Part shown: positions 1 through 8,715 of the stretch, piece after piece
Position numbering within the stretch: the stretch's first letter is position 1
Layout of the letters: every line of letters starts with the position of its first letter
Assembly (NCBI RefSeq): GCF_000284115.1
Contig: NC_017080.1
Span: forward strand, 150,001-182,000
Source of the DNA: Phycisphaera mikurensis NBRC 102666
GTDB lineage: Bacteria; Planctomycetota; Phycisphaerae; Phycisphaerales; Phycisphaeraceae
Direction: 5' to 3'
Length of the DNA: 32,000 nt
Made by a program: the position numbers and the translations under genes
The notes under the pieces: model-generated
What the model was told of the DNA's origin: nothing
The model's database searches: none
The model's input: the letters and a program-made list of their open reading frames with translations, nothing else

Positions 1-957
1 GAGGGCCGTCACGAAGATCCCCTCGATCCGCTTGCTGCACAGGTGCTCGTTGAGGAAGGCGCATGCCGTGCCGGCGGTCGCCTGGTGCTCGACGGGCATC
101 GCCATGAGGATGCTCTGGAACATCGCCATCACCACCGCCGCCGCCGGTCCGTGGCCCGAAACGTCGGCCACCACCAGGCCCCAGGCGCCGATCGCCCGCC
201 CCCGGTCGAGCCCGTCAACGCCCAACCCCCGGACGGTGTAGAAGTCGCCGCCGGCGGCGGCGGGCGTCTGGTACATCACCGCCAGCGACGCCCCGGGCAC
301 GTCGGGCAGCCGCTCGGGCAGCAGCGCCCGCTGGATCTTGCCGATCCGCTCGACCTCGGCGTCCTGCTCGGCCGCCGCCTCGCGGATCTGCTCCGCGAGG
401 CGGACCAGCCGCACGTTGCCGCCGACGAGGTTGCCCTGCAGCAGGGCTTCCCGCAGCTCCTCGTCGGTGAAGGGCTGGTCGTGCGCCCGCAGCTGCAGCG
501 CCCAGTTGAGCGGCTCGCCGCCGTCGAAGAGCGGGACCGCCATCACGCTGCCGAAGCGCTCGGCGTCGGGCCCGAGCACCGCATCGCGGACGGCGCCCAA
601 GCCGTTGCGCAGCCGCGGGCCGCCGCCGGCGATCATCTCGGCGATGAGGCCGCCGCGGTGCACCGGCAGCCTCCCCGCGTCGCGCCAGGGGTTGCCGCTC
701 TCGATGGACTCGTCCTCGTCGGTCAGGAGACGGCGGGTCACGCGGTACTCGCCGTCGCCGAGGCCCCGCCGTGACACGGAGACGAAGCCGCCGAGGTGGC
801 GCCCGCGGTGGAGCGCCTCGGCGAAGTGGCGGAGCACCTGCCGGGGGTCGCGGGCGGCGCTCACGCCGCGGAGCAGCTCGACGAGCCGGCCGAGGTCGGG
901 CGGGACGGGTTCGTCGGCGGAGCCGTCTCCGCGCGGATCAGGCGGTTCCGGGGCCAT
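1..957 (-). CDS. SpoIIE/PP2C-family serine phosphatase with N-terminal GAF-like sensor region (C-terminal part lies beyond the window start)
   Basis: Absent from the ORF track because it is open at the window edge. My translation of the minus strand from ATG (957-955) is stop-free to position 1 (319 codons). It reads MAPEPPDPRG...IGKIQRALLPERLPDVPGASLAVMYQTPAAAGGDFYTV...WGLVVADVSGHGPAAAVVMAMF...RIEGIFVTAL. The GDFY and ADVSGHG motifs are typical of SpoIIE/RsbU phosphatases. Confidence 0.8.
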   Translation of the reverse strand, partial: MAPEPPDPRGDGSADEPVPPDLGRLVELLRGVSAARDPRQVLRHFAEALHRGRHLGGFVSVSRRGLGDGEYRVTRRLLTDEDESIESGNPWRDAGRLPVHRGGLIAEMIAGGGPRLRNGLGAVRDAVLGPDAERFGSVMAVPLFDGGEPLNWALQLRAHDQPFTDEELREALLQGNLVGGNVRLVRLAEQIREAAAEQDAEVERIGKIQRALLPERLPDVPGASLAVMYQTPAAAGGDFYTVRGLGVDGLDRGRAIGAWGLVVADVSGHGPAAAVVMAMFQSILMAMPVEHQATAGTACAFLNEHLCSKRIEGIFVTAL

Positions 958-990
958 GCCGCGAGCCTACCGGGGTAGCGTCCCGGCCCC

Positions 991-1752
991 GTGGAAGCCG
1001 CCGACCGCCCATCCGATCCGTTCACGCCCGGCGGGCTTGGCGTGGTGATCCCGGCCCGCAACGAGGTCGACGCGATCCCACGCCTCGCCGCCGCGCTCGC
1101 GCCGCTGCTCGCCGACGGGTCCATCGCCCGGGCGGTCCTCGTCGACAACGGCTCCACCGACGGCACCGCCGCCGCCGCGGAAGCCGCCGGCCTCGGCGTC
1201 GTCCGCGAGCCGGTCCGCGGCTACGGCGCCGCGTGCCTCGCGGGAATCGCCCGGCTGCGGGAGGACCGCCCGGCGCCCGCCGCGGTCGGCTTCCTCGACG
1301 CCGACCTCGCCGACGACCCGGGCTTGCTCCCCGCCCTCGCCGCCCCGGTGCTCGCCGGCGCGGCGGACCTCGCCCTGGGCCAGCGCCCCCGCCTCGCCGA
1401 GCCCGGCTCGCTCAACGGCCACCAGCGCTTCGGCAACACGCTCGCCACCGCCCTGCTCCGCCTCGCGACCGGCCGCCGCCACCGCGACCTGGGGCCGATG
1501 CGGGTCGTCTCCGCCGCCGCCCTCGACCGGCTGGAGATGGCCGATCGCACGTGGGGCTGGACGATCGAGATGCAGCACAAAGCCGCGACCCGCGGCCTCC
1601 GCGTGGTCGAGCTGGACGTTCCCTACCGCCGGCGGACCACCGGCCGGAGCAAGATCAGCGGATCCCTGACGGGCTCCGCCCGCGCCGCCGTGGTGATCGT
1701 CCGCACCGTCGCCGCGCTGTGGTGGAGCGAGCGGCGTCGGCCCGGAGCTTGA
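991..1752 (+). CDS. Family 2 glycosyltransferase
   Basis: 253-aa ORF with the GT2 N-terminal signature VVIPARNEVDAIP...VLVDNGSTDGT and a DAD acidic motif (FLDADLADD). The track start at 991 is GTG. An alternative GTG at about 1039, just before VIPARNE, is equally plausible. Confidence 0.75.
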   Translation: MEAADRPSDPFTPGGLGVVIPARNEVDAIPRLAAALAPLLADGSIARAVLVDNGSTDGTAAAAEAAGLGVVREPVRGYGAACLAGIARLREDRPAPAAVGFLDADLADDPGLLPALAAPVLAGAADLALGQRPRLAEPGSLNGHQRFGNTLATALLRLATGRRHRDLGPMRVVSAAALDRLEMADRTWGWTIEMQHKAATRGLRVVELDVPYRRRTTGRSKISGSLTGSARAAVVIVRTVAALWWSERRRPGA

Positions 1753-1783
1753 ACGCCGACGCTGCCGCGGCGGATGCCGCCCC

Positions 1784-3157
1784 TCATCCCGCCGCGGGCG
1801 CGTTCACGGCGCGGCGTCCCACGCTCACGTAGGTGAAGCCCGCCTCCTCCATCACCGCGGGCTTGTAGAGGTTCCGGCCGTCGAAGATCACCGGGGCCGC
1901 GAGCGTCTCGCGGAGCCGCTCGAGCGGGGGCTGCTTGAACTCCGGCCAGTCGGTGCAGATCAGAAGGGCGTCGGCGTCCCGGGCCGTGTCCATCGGGCGG
2001 TCGCAATAGGTGATGCGGTCGCCGAGCAGCTCGCGTGCGGTCTCGTGCGCCACCGGGTCGTGCGCCTTCACCGTCGCCCCCGCCGCGAGAAGCTTCTCGA
2101 TGAGGGTGACCGCGGGGGCCTCCCGGACGTCGTCGGTGCCGGGCTTGAAGGCCAGCCCCCACACGCCGAAGGCCTTGCCGCGGAGGTTGCTCTCGCCGCC
2201 GAAGTGCTTCACGATCTTCGCGAAGAAGTCTTCCCGCTGCCGCTGGTTCACGTCATGCACCGCCTGCAGCAGCGGCGTGGGCGTCGCGCTCTCGCTGCCC
2301 ATGGACACGCAGGCCAGCGTGTCCTTGGGGAAGCACGAGCCGCCGTAGCCCAGCCCCGGGTACAGGAACTTGTTGCCGATGCGGGCGTCGGAGGTCATGC
2401 CCCGCCACACCTCGTCGACGTTGCTGCCGTAGGCCTCGCACAGGGCGGCGATCTCGTTGATGAAGCTGATCTTCGTCGCCAGCATCGCGTTCGCCGCGTA
2501 CTTCACCATCTCCGCCGAGGGGATGTCCATCACGTAGATGGGGTGGCCGTTGCGCACGAAGGGCTCGTACAGGTCGCGCATGCGGCCGCCGGTGCCGTGC
2601 TCGTCGTCGACGCCGACGACCACGCGGTCGGGCTTCATGAAGTCGGTGATGGCCGCGCCCTCCTTGAGGAACTCGGGGTTGCTGGCCATGCGGAAGGGCT
2701 TGCCGGTCTTCGCGGCGATCGCCTCGCGGACCTTCGCGTTGGTGCCCACCGGGACGGTGCTCTTGACGACGATGATCTTCGCCCGGCGCTCGCCCGGGTC
2801 GCCGCCGGTCTCGCCCCCGGCCGCCTCGATCGCGTCGCCGATGTCGCCCGAGGCGGCCAGGACGTACTTGAGGTCGGCGTGGCCGCGGGCGTCGGAGGGC
2901 GTGCCCACGCACAGGAAGATGATCTCGGCGGAGGCGTACGCCGCGGCCTTGTCGACGGTGAAGTGCAGGCGGCCGGCCTTCACGTTCCGGGCGATCATCT
3001 CGTCGAGGCCCGGCTCGTAGATCGGCGAGATGCCGGCCTTGAGCTTGTCGATCTTCACGGGATCGACGTCGAGGCAGGTGACCTCGTTGCCCAGGTTCGC
3101 GAAGCAGGTGCCGGTGACGAGCCCGACGTAGCCGGTGCCGACCATCGTGATGCGCAT
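1784..3157 (-). CDS. ugd: UDP-glucose 6-dehydrogenase
   Basis: 457 aa. It has the N-terminal Rossmann motif MRITMVGTGYVGLVTG, the catalytic-Cys motif GGSCFPKD and a typical UDPG/MGDP dehydrogenase C-terminal domain (GLAFKPGTDDVREAP). Confidence 0.93.
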   Translation of the reverse strand: MRITMVGTGYVGLVTGTCFANLGNEVTCLDVDPVKIDKLKAGISPIYEPGLDEMIARNVKAGRLHFTVDKAAAYASAEIIFLCVGTPSDARGHADLKYVLAASGDIGDAIEAAGGETGGDPGERRAKIIVVKSTVPVGTNAKVREAIAAKTGKPFRMASNPEFLKEGAAITDFMKPDRVVVGVDDEHGTGGRMRDLYEPFVRNGHPIYVMDIPSAEMVKYAANAMLATKISFINEIAALCEAYGSNVDEVWRGMTSDARIGNKFLYPGLGYGGSCFPKDTLACVSMGSESATPTPLLQAVHDVNQRQREDFFAKIVKHFGGESNLRGKAFGVWGLAFKPGTDDVREAPAVTLIEKLLAAGATVKAHDPVAHETARELLGDRITYCDRPMDTARDADALLICTDWPEFKQPPLERLRETLAAPVIFDGRNLYKPAVMEEAGFTYVSVGRRAVNAPAAG

Positions 3158-3339
3158 GAAGGAAGCCGTGGTTGGGGGGGAAGCGGGGTCCGGAGCCCGG
3201 TCTATCGGGCGGAGAGGGTAGATCCTTCACGATCCAGCGAAGGTGTCAGGTACATTCATCCCGCCCGCCGCCCGCCGCCGCGGCTCCGCCGGGTGCCCCC
3301 GAGGCCGCGGGCTCCGATCGTGCCGCCTCGCCGGGCGCT

Positions 3340-4107
3340 TCAGCTGAAGAACAGCTTGTCGAGCTCGTTGAGGAACTTCGCGAGGAAGAAGTTCGCGACA
3401 ATGATCGCGATGAAGGCGTTGACGAAGGCTTCGGTCGTCGCGCGGCCCACCCCCGAGGCCCCCGCCCGGCAGGTGAAGCCCTTGTAGCAGGCGATCAGCC
3501 CGATCAGCAGGCCGAACACCACCGACTTGATGATGCCCGTCGCGACGTCCCAGCTGTCGATGAGGAAGGCCGAGAAAGCCCCGTACTGGCCGCCGTCGAC
3601 GCCGAAGCCTTTCACCACCACGAGGTAGCCGCCGGCGATGCCCAGCAGGTTCGAGAACACCGTGAGCACCGGCAGCATGAAGACGCAGGCGAGCACCCGC
3701 GGCACGGCGAGGTGGCGCACGGGGTCGGTGCCCATCGCCCGGAGCGCGTCGATCTGCTCGGTGACCCGCATCGTCCCCAGCTCGGCGGAGAAAGCGCCGC
3801 CCACCCGGCCGGCGACCATCATCGCCGCGAGCACCGGGCCGATCTGCTTGACGACCGAGAGACCGATCGCACCGCCGAGGCGGGTCTCCTGGCCGATCTG
3901 CGCGAGCAGGTCGAAGGTCTCGATGCCGATCACGGCGCCCACGAACAGCCCGACGAGCCCGACGACCGGCACGCTCGCGACGCCGACCACGAACATCTGC
4001 GGCATGAGCACGCGGACGCGGCCTTTGAGGGGGGCGAAGAGCGTCCACCAGCCGACCTGCCCGCAGAAGCGGCTGAAGCGGCCGAAGGCCTCCAACAGCC
4101 GCGCCAC
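3340..4107 (-). CDS. mlaE: MlaE-family ABC transporter permease
   Basis: The C-terminal 255 codons of track ORF 3340..4335 are hydrophobic and MlaE-like (GPVLAAMMVAGRVGGAFSAELGTMRVTEQIDALRAMG...). The first ~76 codons of the track ORF are Arg/Pro/Gly-rich and overlap the next gene. I therefore place the start at GTG 4107. The start is uncertain. Confidence 0.8.
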   Translation of the reverse strand: MARLLEAFGRFSRFCGQVGWWTLFAPLKGRVRVLMPQMFVVGVASVPVVGLVGLFVGAVIGIETFDLLAQIGQETRLGGAIGLSVVKQIGPVLAAMMVAGRVGGAFSAELGTMRVTEQIDALRAMGTDPVRHLAVPRVLACVFMLPVLTVFSNLLGIAGGYLVVVKGFGVDGGQYGAFSAFLIDSWDVATGIIKSVVFGLLIGLIACYKGFTCRAGASGVGRATTEAFVNAFIAIIVANFFLAKFLNELDKLFFS

Positions 4108-4214
4108 GCCCGGGGGTTCTCGGCGGTGCGGTGCGGGCGGAAGCACCGGGCGGGGCGCCGTGGGGGCGTCGGGATCGGCGGGCGCGGCGGTGATGCTTCG
4201 ACGGTAGCCGGGGC

Positions 4215-4841
4215 TCAGCGGCCGAAGCGGAGCGTGCGGGCGGGCGTCGCCAGCGCGGCGACCGGCCGGTCGTGCGCTCCCACCGGGACGGCGGCCACGG
4301 CCTGCGCCTCGAAGGCCAAGCCCACCGAAAAGCACCCCGGGTGCCCGGCGAGCCAGCGGTCGTAGAAGCCGCCGCCGCGGCCGAGGCGGGCCCCGGTCGC
4401 GGGGTCGAAGGCGACCCCGGGCACGAGCACCACGGCGGGGTCATCCATCCACGCGCCCGCCTCGTCGCCCGGGGCCGGTGCCGGGGCGGGCACGCCCAAG
4501 GGCCCGGCCGCGAGCCCGGCGAGCCCCCGCGGCTCCAGCCGTCGCGCCCGCATCGCCGCCGGACCGGTCACCACCGGCACCGCCACAACGTGGCCCGCGG
4601 CGAGCAGGCGATCCACCAGGCCCGCCGTCGGCAGCTCCCGCGGCGTCGCCGCGTACGCGAGCACGCGCGTCGGCGCCGCCAGCTCCGGCAACGCGAGCAC
4701 GCGGTCGGCCACCGCTGCGCCGGCCGCCGCCCGATGCGCCGGCGTGATCGAGCCGCGGACCGCCGCCATCCGCTTGCGGAGACGGGCCTTGCCCAGGCCG
4801 ATCGCGGCGCGGTCCGCGTCGGTCGGGTCGGGTGCGGGCAC
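4215..4841 (-). CDS. 5-formyltetrahydrofolate cyclo-ligase
   Basis: The C-terminal part of track ORF 4215..5096 carries MTHFS signatures (KARLRKRM...VLVPGVAFDPATGARLGRGGGFYDRWL). The longer ATG start at 5096 would overlap the divergent ORF at 4923. In-frame GTG at 4841 gives 208 aa, a typical length. The start is uncertain. Confidence 0.8.
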   Translation of the reverse strand: MPAPDPTDADRAAIGLGKARLRKRMAAVRGSITPAHRAAAGAAVADRVLALPELAAPTRVLAYAATPRELPTAGLVDRLLAAGHVVAVPVVTGPAAMRARRLEPRGLAGLAAGPLGVPAPAPAPGDEAGAWMDDPAVVLVPGVAFDPATGARLGRGGGFYDRWLAGHPGCFSVGLAFEAQAVAAVPVGAHDRPVAALATPARTLRFGR

Positions 4842-4922
4842 GGCCGAGGCTAGGTCGCGCCGGGACGGCGCCCGAGGCCGAGCGACGCCCGGTCGTTCTT
4901 GAGCGCGGCCTAGAATCCCTGC

Positions 4923-5357
4923 GTGATGATCCCCGCGGAACTCGTCGAGCTCGCCCGCTCCAGCCGCTACCCGCTGGACGCGTTCCTGTTCGTCCAGCGA
5001 GGCCTCGACCACACGGTCCGCGCGCTGCACGGCGACGGCGACGACGCGACCCAGGCCCAAGACCCCGAGGAGGACGAGGAGGACACCAGCCGCCACGTCT
5101 CGGGCCGGCAGCTCTGCGAGGGCATCCGCGACTTCGCGATCGCCCAGTACGGCCTGCTCGCCCCCGTCGTGCTCAACCGCTGGAATGTGCGGAGGAGCCA
5201 GGACTTCGGCCGGATCGTCTTCGAGATGGTCGACGCCGGGCTGATGCGCAAGACCGACGAGGACAACGTCGACGACTTCAACGACGTGTTCGACTTCCGC
5301 GAGGCCTTCGGCCCCGAGGCCGCCATCGCCAAGGTGCTGCCGCCGGTCGCGGGCTGA
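4923..5357 (+). CDS. Conserved acidic hypothetical protein (resembles the Planctomycetes/Verrucomicrobia-restricted Minf_1886-type family)
   Basis: 144-aa ORF with non-shadow composition (RYPLDAFLFVQRGLDHTV...LCEGIRDFAIAQYGLLAPVVLNRWNVRRSQDFGRIVFEMVDAGLMRKTDEDNVDDF). The start is GTG 4923 or the adjacent ATG 4926. The family assignment is from memory only. Confidence 0.6.
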   Translation: MMIPAELVELARSSRYPLDAFLFVQRGLDHTVRALHGDGDDATQAQDPEEDEEDTSRHVSGRQLCEGIRDFAIAQYGLLAPVVLNRWNVRRSQDFGRIVFEMVDAGLMRKTDEDNVDDFNDVFDFREAFGPEAAIAKVLPPVAG

Positions 5358-5436
5358 GCGTCCGGCCGGCGGGGATCCGCGGGTGCCGCGTCCCGCGCCC
5401 GCCTCGCGGAACGCTCCCGATCCGGCTGCCGGCGCG

Positions 5437-6918
5437 TCAACCCAGCGCTTTGCGGGCGTCGCGGATCGCCTCGACGCGCTCGCGGATGTCGCGGTAGCCG
5501 ATGTCGCTCTGGAGCAACGCGCTGGCGTACTCGGACGCCTTCTCCAGGTTCTCCGCGGGCTCCTGCCCGTCCGCGGCCGCCTTCTGGTGCGCGGTCATGA
5601 GCTCGTACTGGAGATCCTTGCCGACGGCGTCGTCCTTCACGGGGTGCTGCTCGAGCCCCTTGCCCAGCGTCTGGACCGCCTCGCCCACCCAGTCCTTCGC
5701 GAGGAAGGCGCGGCCGAGCAGGAGGTGGCTGGCGGAACGCGACTTGGGGTCGGTGGCGGCCTGCTGCAGCATGCCGATGGCCTCATCGTGCATGCCGGCT
5801 TGCAGCAGCCGCTTGCCGAAGTCGTACTTGAGACGCAGGTCCGTGGGGTACTGCTTGACGCGGGTCTGGTACTCCTTGAGCTCGAAATCCAGCCGCTGCT
5901 TCGTGGCTTTCTCGTACTTCTCCCGGTAGCCGGCGTCGTCCGGCGCCGCCTTCACGAACTGCGCGAGCTGCTGGCAGCGCTGCGCCAGCTGCTTCATGCG
6001 GATGTCGCCGGCCTTGGCGCGGAAGCGGAACTGCCCGGTGGCCTCCGCCGCGGCGGCGAGCCGCTTGATCGCCTCGTCGGCGTGCTCCTTCTCGCCGGTC
6101 TTGAGCAGGGCATCGACCAGCTTGGTGAGGGCGTCGGTGTCCTCGGGGTTCGCGTCGACCTCCTCCCGCCGCTTGGCGATCAGCGACTCGACGCCCTTGC
6201 CGCCGCCGGAGATCTCGGCCTGGATCTCGGCCTGCTTGTCGGCATCCTTGAGGTTGCCCAGGGAGGACTTCGCCTCCTTGCGCTCCATCGTGTACTTCTG
6301 CGCCTCGAGGTCCTTGAGCTCGTCGATGAGCTTGTCGTTGTTGGGCGTGAGGCCGATGGCGCGGCGGTGGGCCTCGACCGCCTTGTCGTAGCGGCCGATC
6401 GCGGAGAAGCCGTCGCGGGTGCGGAGCAGCAGCTTCGCGTCGGGCTTCTTCGACGAGAGGTTGTAGTCCATCGCCATCTCGCCGATCCAGAACACCACCT
6501 CGCCGAGGTGCAGGTCCTCGTTGGCGGGGTCGTTGTCGGCCTCGACGGCGGCGTCCATCACGCCCTGGGCGAGCGCGGGATCGGTGAAGTCCATCGCCCA
6601 GATCTTCTCTGCGTGGGCGAGGCGGTCGACCGGGCTGTCGCCCATGCCCTTGAGCTTCCGCTCGGCGAAGCCGGCGGGCTTGCCGCCGGAGACCTTCCGC
6701 CGCTTGGCGGCGTCGAGCAGCGCCTCGTGCCGTCTCATGTCGTCGGGGCTGAGCTGCAGCCCGCGGATGTACATGTCGATCGCGCCGTCGTACCGCCCGC
6801 TCTCGGCGTAGGTGGCCGCGTGCTCGAAGAAGCGCTCCGCCTTCTTGGGGTCGCGGCGCGAGGGCCTGGCGGGCGCCGCGTCGTCCTTGCTTTTGCCGCC
6901 GATGCCGAAAAGAGCCAA
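5437..6918 (-). CDS. TPR-repeat protein
   Basis: The C-terminal 493 codons of track ORF 5437..7455 have normal Lys/Glu/Asp-rich composition and TPR-like helices (AERFFEHAATYAESGRYDGAIDMYIRGLQLSPDD; GRYDKAVEAHRRAIGLTPNN; LLGRAFLAKDWVGEAVQTLGKGLEQHP). The upstream part overlaps dapB and looks like a shadow frame. The only in-frame start before dapB is TTG 6918 (reading MALFGIGGKSKDD). The start is uncertain. Confidence 0.7.
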   Translation of the reverse strand: MALFGIGGKSKDDAAPARPSRRDPKKAERFFEHAATYAESGRYDGAIDMYIRGLQLSPDDMRRHEALLDAAKRRKVSGGKPAGFAERKLKGMGDSPVDRLAHAEKIWAMDFTDPALAQGVMDAAVEADNDPANEDLHLGEVVFWIGEMAMDYNLSSKKPDAKLLLRTRDGFSAIGRYDKAVEAHRRAIGLTPNNDKLIDELKDLEAQKYTMERKEAKSSLGNLKDADKQAEIQAEISGGGKGVESLIAKRREEVDANPEDTDALTKLVDALLKTGEKEHADEAIKRLAAAAEATGQFRFRAKAGDIRMKQLAQRCQQLAQFVKAAPDDAGYREKYEKATKQRLDFELKEYQTRVKQYPTDLRLKYDFGKRLLQAGMHDEAIGMLQQAATDPKSRSASHLLLGRAFLAKDWVGEAVQTLGKGLEQHPVKDDAVGKDLQYELMTAHQKAAADGQEPAENLEKASEYASALLQSDIGYRDIRERVEAIRDARKALG

Positions 6919-7039
6919 GAGGAAAGCTTTCGTTGGGGGGAGGGAGGGCGGAGGCCTTGGAGCCGGGGAGTCTAAGGAACAAGCGGAGCGGTAGGCAGAG
7001 CCGACGGGGCCTCCCGCGGCTCTGCGGTACAACCTGCTC

Positions 7040-7801
7040 ATGGCTCCACCGATTCCCATCGCGGTCAACGGCGCGGCCGGCCGCATGGGCCAGCGGCTGC
7101 TCACCCTCGCCGAGGAGGACCCGGCGCTGCGTCCCGTCGCCGGCTTCGACATCGAATCCCCCGTCACCGCGGCAGCGCTGCGGGAGGTGAACGCCCGTGC
7201 GCTCATCGACTTCTCCCACGCCGACGCGCTGGAGGCCTCCGCCAAAGCCGCGGCCGGCGCGGGCGCCGCCTTGATCCTCGGGACCACCGGGCTCGACGCC
7301 TCGCACGACGGGGCGATCGACGCGGCGGCGGCGCGGGTTCCGGTCGTCGCCGCGAGCAACTTCTCGGTGGTCGTCAACGTGCTGCACCACCTCGCCGCCG
7401 AGGCGGTGCGGCTGCTGCAGCCCGACGCCGCGCCGGGCTGGGACGTGGAGGTCATGGAGATGCACCACCGCTACAAGAAGGATGCGCCCTCGGGGACGGC
7501 GCTGGCGCTGGCGCGGACGCTGGCCGCAGCCGCGGGCCGCGACCGCTCGTGCATCCGGCTGGAACGCCACGGCGACGAGGCGACTCGCGACCCCGGCGAG
7601 ATCACGGTGCAGACGCTGCGGGTGGGCGACCACCCCGGCGAGCACACGATTCTCCTGGGCGCACCGGGCGAGCGGCTGGAACTCAAGCACGTGTCGACGA
7701 GCCGCGACAGCTACGCAACCGGGGCGCTGCGGGCGGCGGCGTGGGCGGCGGGCCGGCCGCCGGGGCGGTACGCGATCGCCGAGGCGCTGGGCATCGGCTG
7801 A
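7040..7801 (+). CDS. dapB: 4-hydroxy-tetrahydrodipicolinate reductase
   Basis: 253 aa. It has the N-terminal NAD(P) motif IAVNGAAGRMGQ and the DapB signature EVMEMHHRYKKDAPSGTALALA. Confidence 0.93.
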   Translation: MAPPIPIAVNGAAGRMGQRLLTLAEEDPALRPVAGFDIESPVTAAALREVNARALIDFSHADALEASAKAAAGAGAALILGTTGLDASHDGAIDAAAARVPVVAASNFSVVVNVLHHLAAEAVRLLQPDAAPGWDVEVMEMHHRYKKDAPSGTALALARTLAAAAGRDRSCIRLERHGDEATRDPGEITVQTLRVGDHPGEHTILLGAPGERLELKHVSTSRDSYATGALRAAAWAAGRPPGRYAIAEALGIG

Positions 7802-7846
7802 GCCCGCGGACCGTGGGCGAGAACGCGACCCGATGCCGACGGTCCG

Positions 7847-7913
7847 CGGATCCGACGCCGGACCAGGCCCGGACCAGGCCCGGATCCGACCCGGATCGGG
7901 CCCGGATCAGGCC
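7847..7913. repeat. About six tandem copies of an 11-bp unit (consensus CGGAyCnGnCC)
   Basis: Read directly: cggatccgacg(c) cggaccaggcc cggaccaggcc cggatccgacc cggatcgggcc cggatcaggcc. It lies in the convergent spacer between dapB (ends 7801) and the minus-strand ORF whose stop is at 7907-7909. Confidence 0.85.
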
Positions 7914-8497
7914 GCGACGTCGGCCCCGAGGTCTGTCTCTCGGTCCGACCCTTGGTCGAACCCTTGTTCCTGCCGCGTCGGCCGGGCGGCGGAGAGATCC
8001 GCCCAGTCGGCGGCGCTGAGCGTCGCGAGCTCGCCGGGGTCTTCGGGGAGCAGGGCGTCCGCCCAGTACGCCGCGTCCTCGTCGCAGCCGACGCCCGAGA
8101 GGGCACAAGCCAGCGCGACGCGTGCGCGCACCCACGAGGGGGAGAGCCGGACGGCCGCGCGGAAGTGGCCGATCGCGTCGCCGGGGAGCAGCTCGGCGCA
8201 GGCGAGGCCGGCGGCCAGCTGGAAGCCGGGGCGGTTGGGGCACAGGTTCGCCGCCCGCACGAGGTGGTCGCGGGCGGTCGCCGGCTCCCCGGCCGCCACC
8301 GCGAGCCGACCGAGCACGAACCACGCCCGGCCGCGGCCGGGCGAGAGCAGCGCCGCCTGGCGCGCCAGCCGCCCCGCCGCGGCGGGGTGGTCGTGGGCGC
8401 AGCAGCGTTCCGCGAGGTCGAGCAGCACGCCAATGCCTGATCGGAGGCTCCGCCGGTGGCGGAGCTTCGAGTGCGGGGAGAGGAGGCTTTCCGCCAT
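7907..8497 (-). CDS. Hypothetical protein, TPR-like helical repeats
   Basis: Internal ATG 8497 (MAESLLSPHSKL...) of track ORF 7907..8719. Upstream codons are Arg/Pro-rich and abut the fliC stop. It has helical repeat-like segments (AWFVLGRLAVAAGEPATARDHLVRAANLCPNRP; AIGHFRAAVRLSPSW). No confident family. Confidence 0.4.
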   Translation of the reverse strand: MAESLLSPHSKLRHRRSLRSGIGVLLDLAERCCAHDHPAAAGRLARQAALLSPGRGRAWFVLGRLAVAAGEPATARDHLVRAANLCPNRPGFQLAAGLACAELLPGDAIGHFRAAVRLSPSWVRARVALACALSGVGCDEDAAYWADALLPEDPGELATLSAADWADLSAARPTRQEQGFDQGSDRETDLGADVAA

Positions 8498-8715
8498 GCC
8501 CACCGTATCGGGGGGAGGGGCGTGGAGGCTCCGGAAAAGGCGGGGGCCCGTCGGTGGGAGCGGGCGCCCGAGCAAGCGAAGAAGGGGCCGCAGAAGGCGC
8601 AGGACCCGCCGGGAAGGCGCGGCACGGCGAGCCTCGCCGTCCGGACCACCCCGCCGCGACCCGTTCCTGCTCGCTCCCCCCGCTCCCTCGCCCCGGCGGC
8701 GTGGCCGGCGCTTGC

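Noticed and set aside
43-1832. Long plus-strand track ORFs (43..774, 338..1048, 771..1832) at the left edge
   Set aside because: Their composition is Arg/Pro/Gly/Ala-dominated, as is typical of shadow frames in high-G+C DNA. They overlap a minus-strand frame with clear SpoIIE motifs and the GT2 gene.
5383-6975. 530-aa plus-strand ORF antisense to the TPR gene, and similar ORFs at 5783..7690 and 5996..6391
   Set aside because: These are Leu/Gly/Arg/Val-rich antisense shadows of a gene with normal Lys/Glu-rich composition. No motif was recognised.
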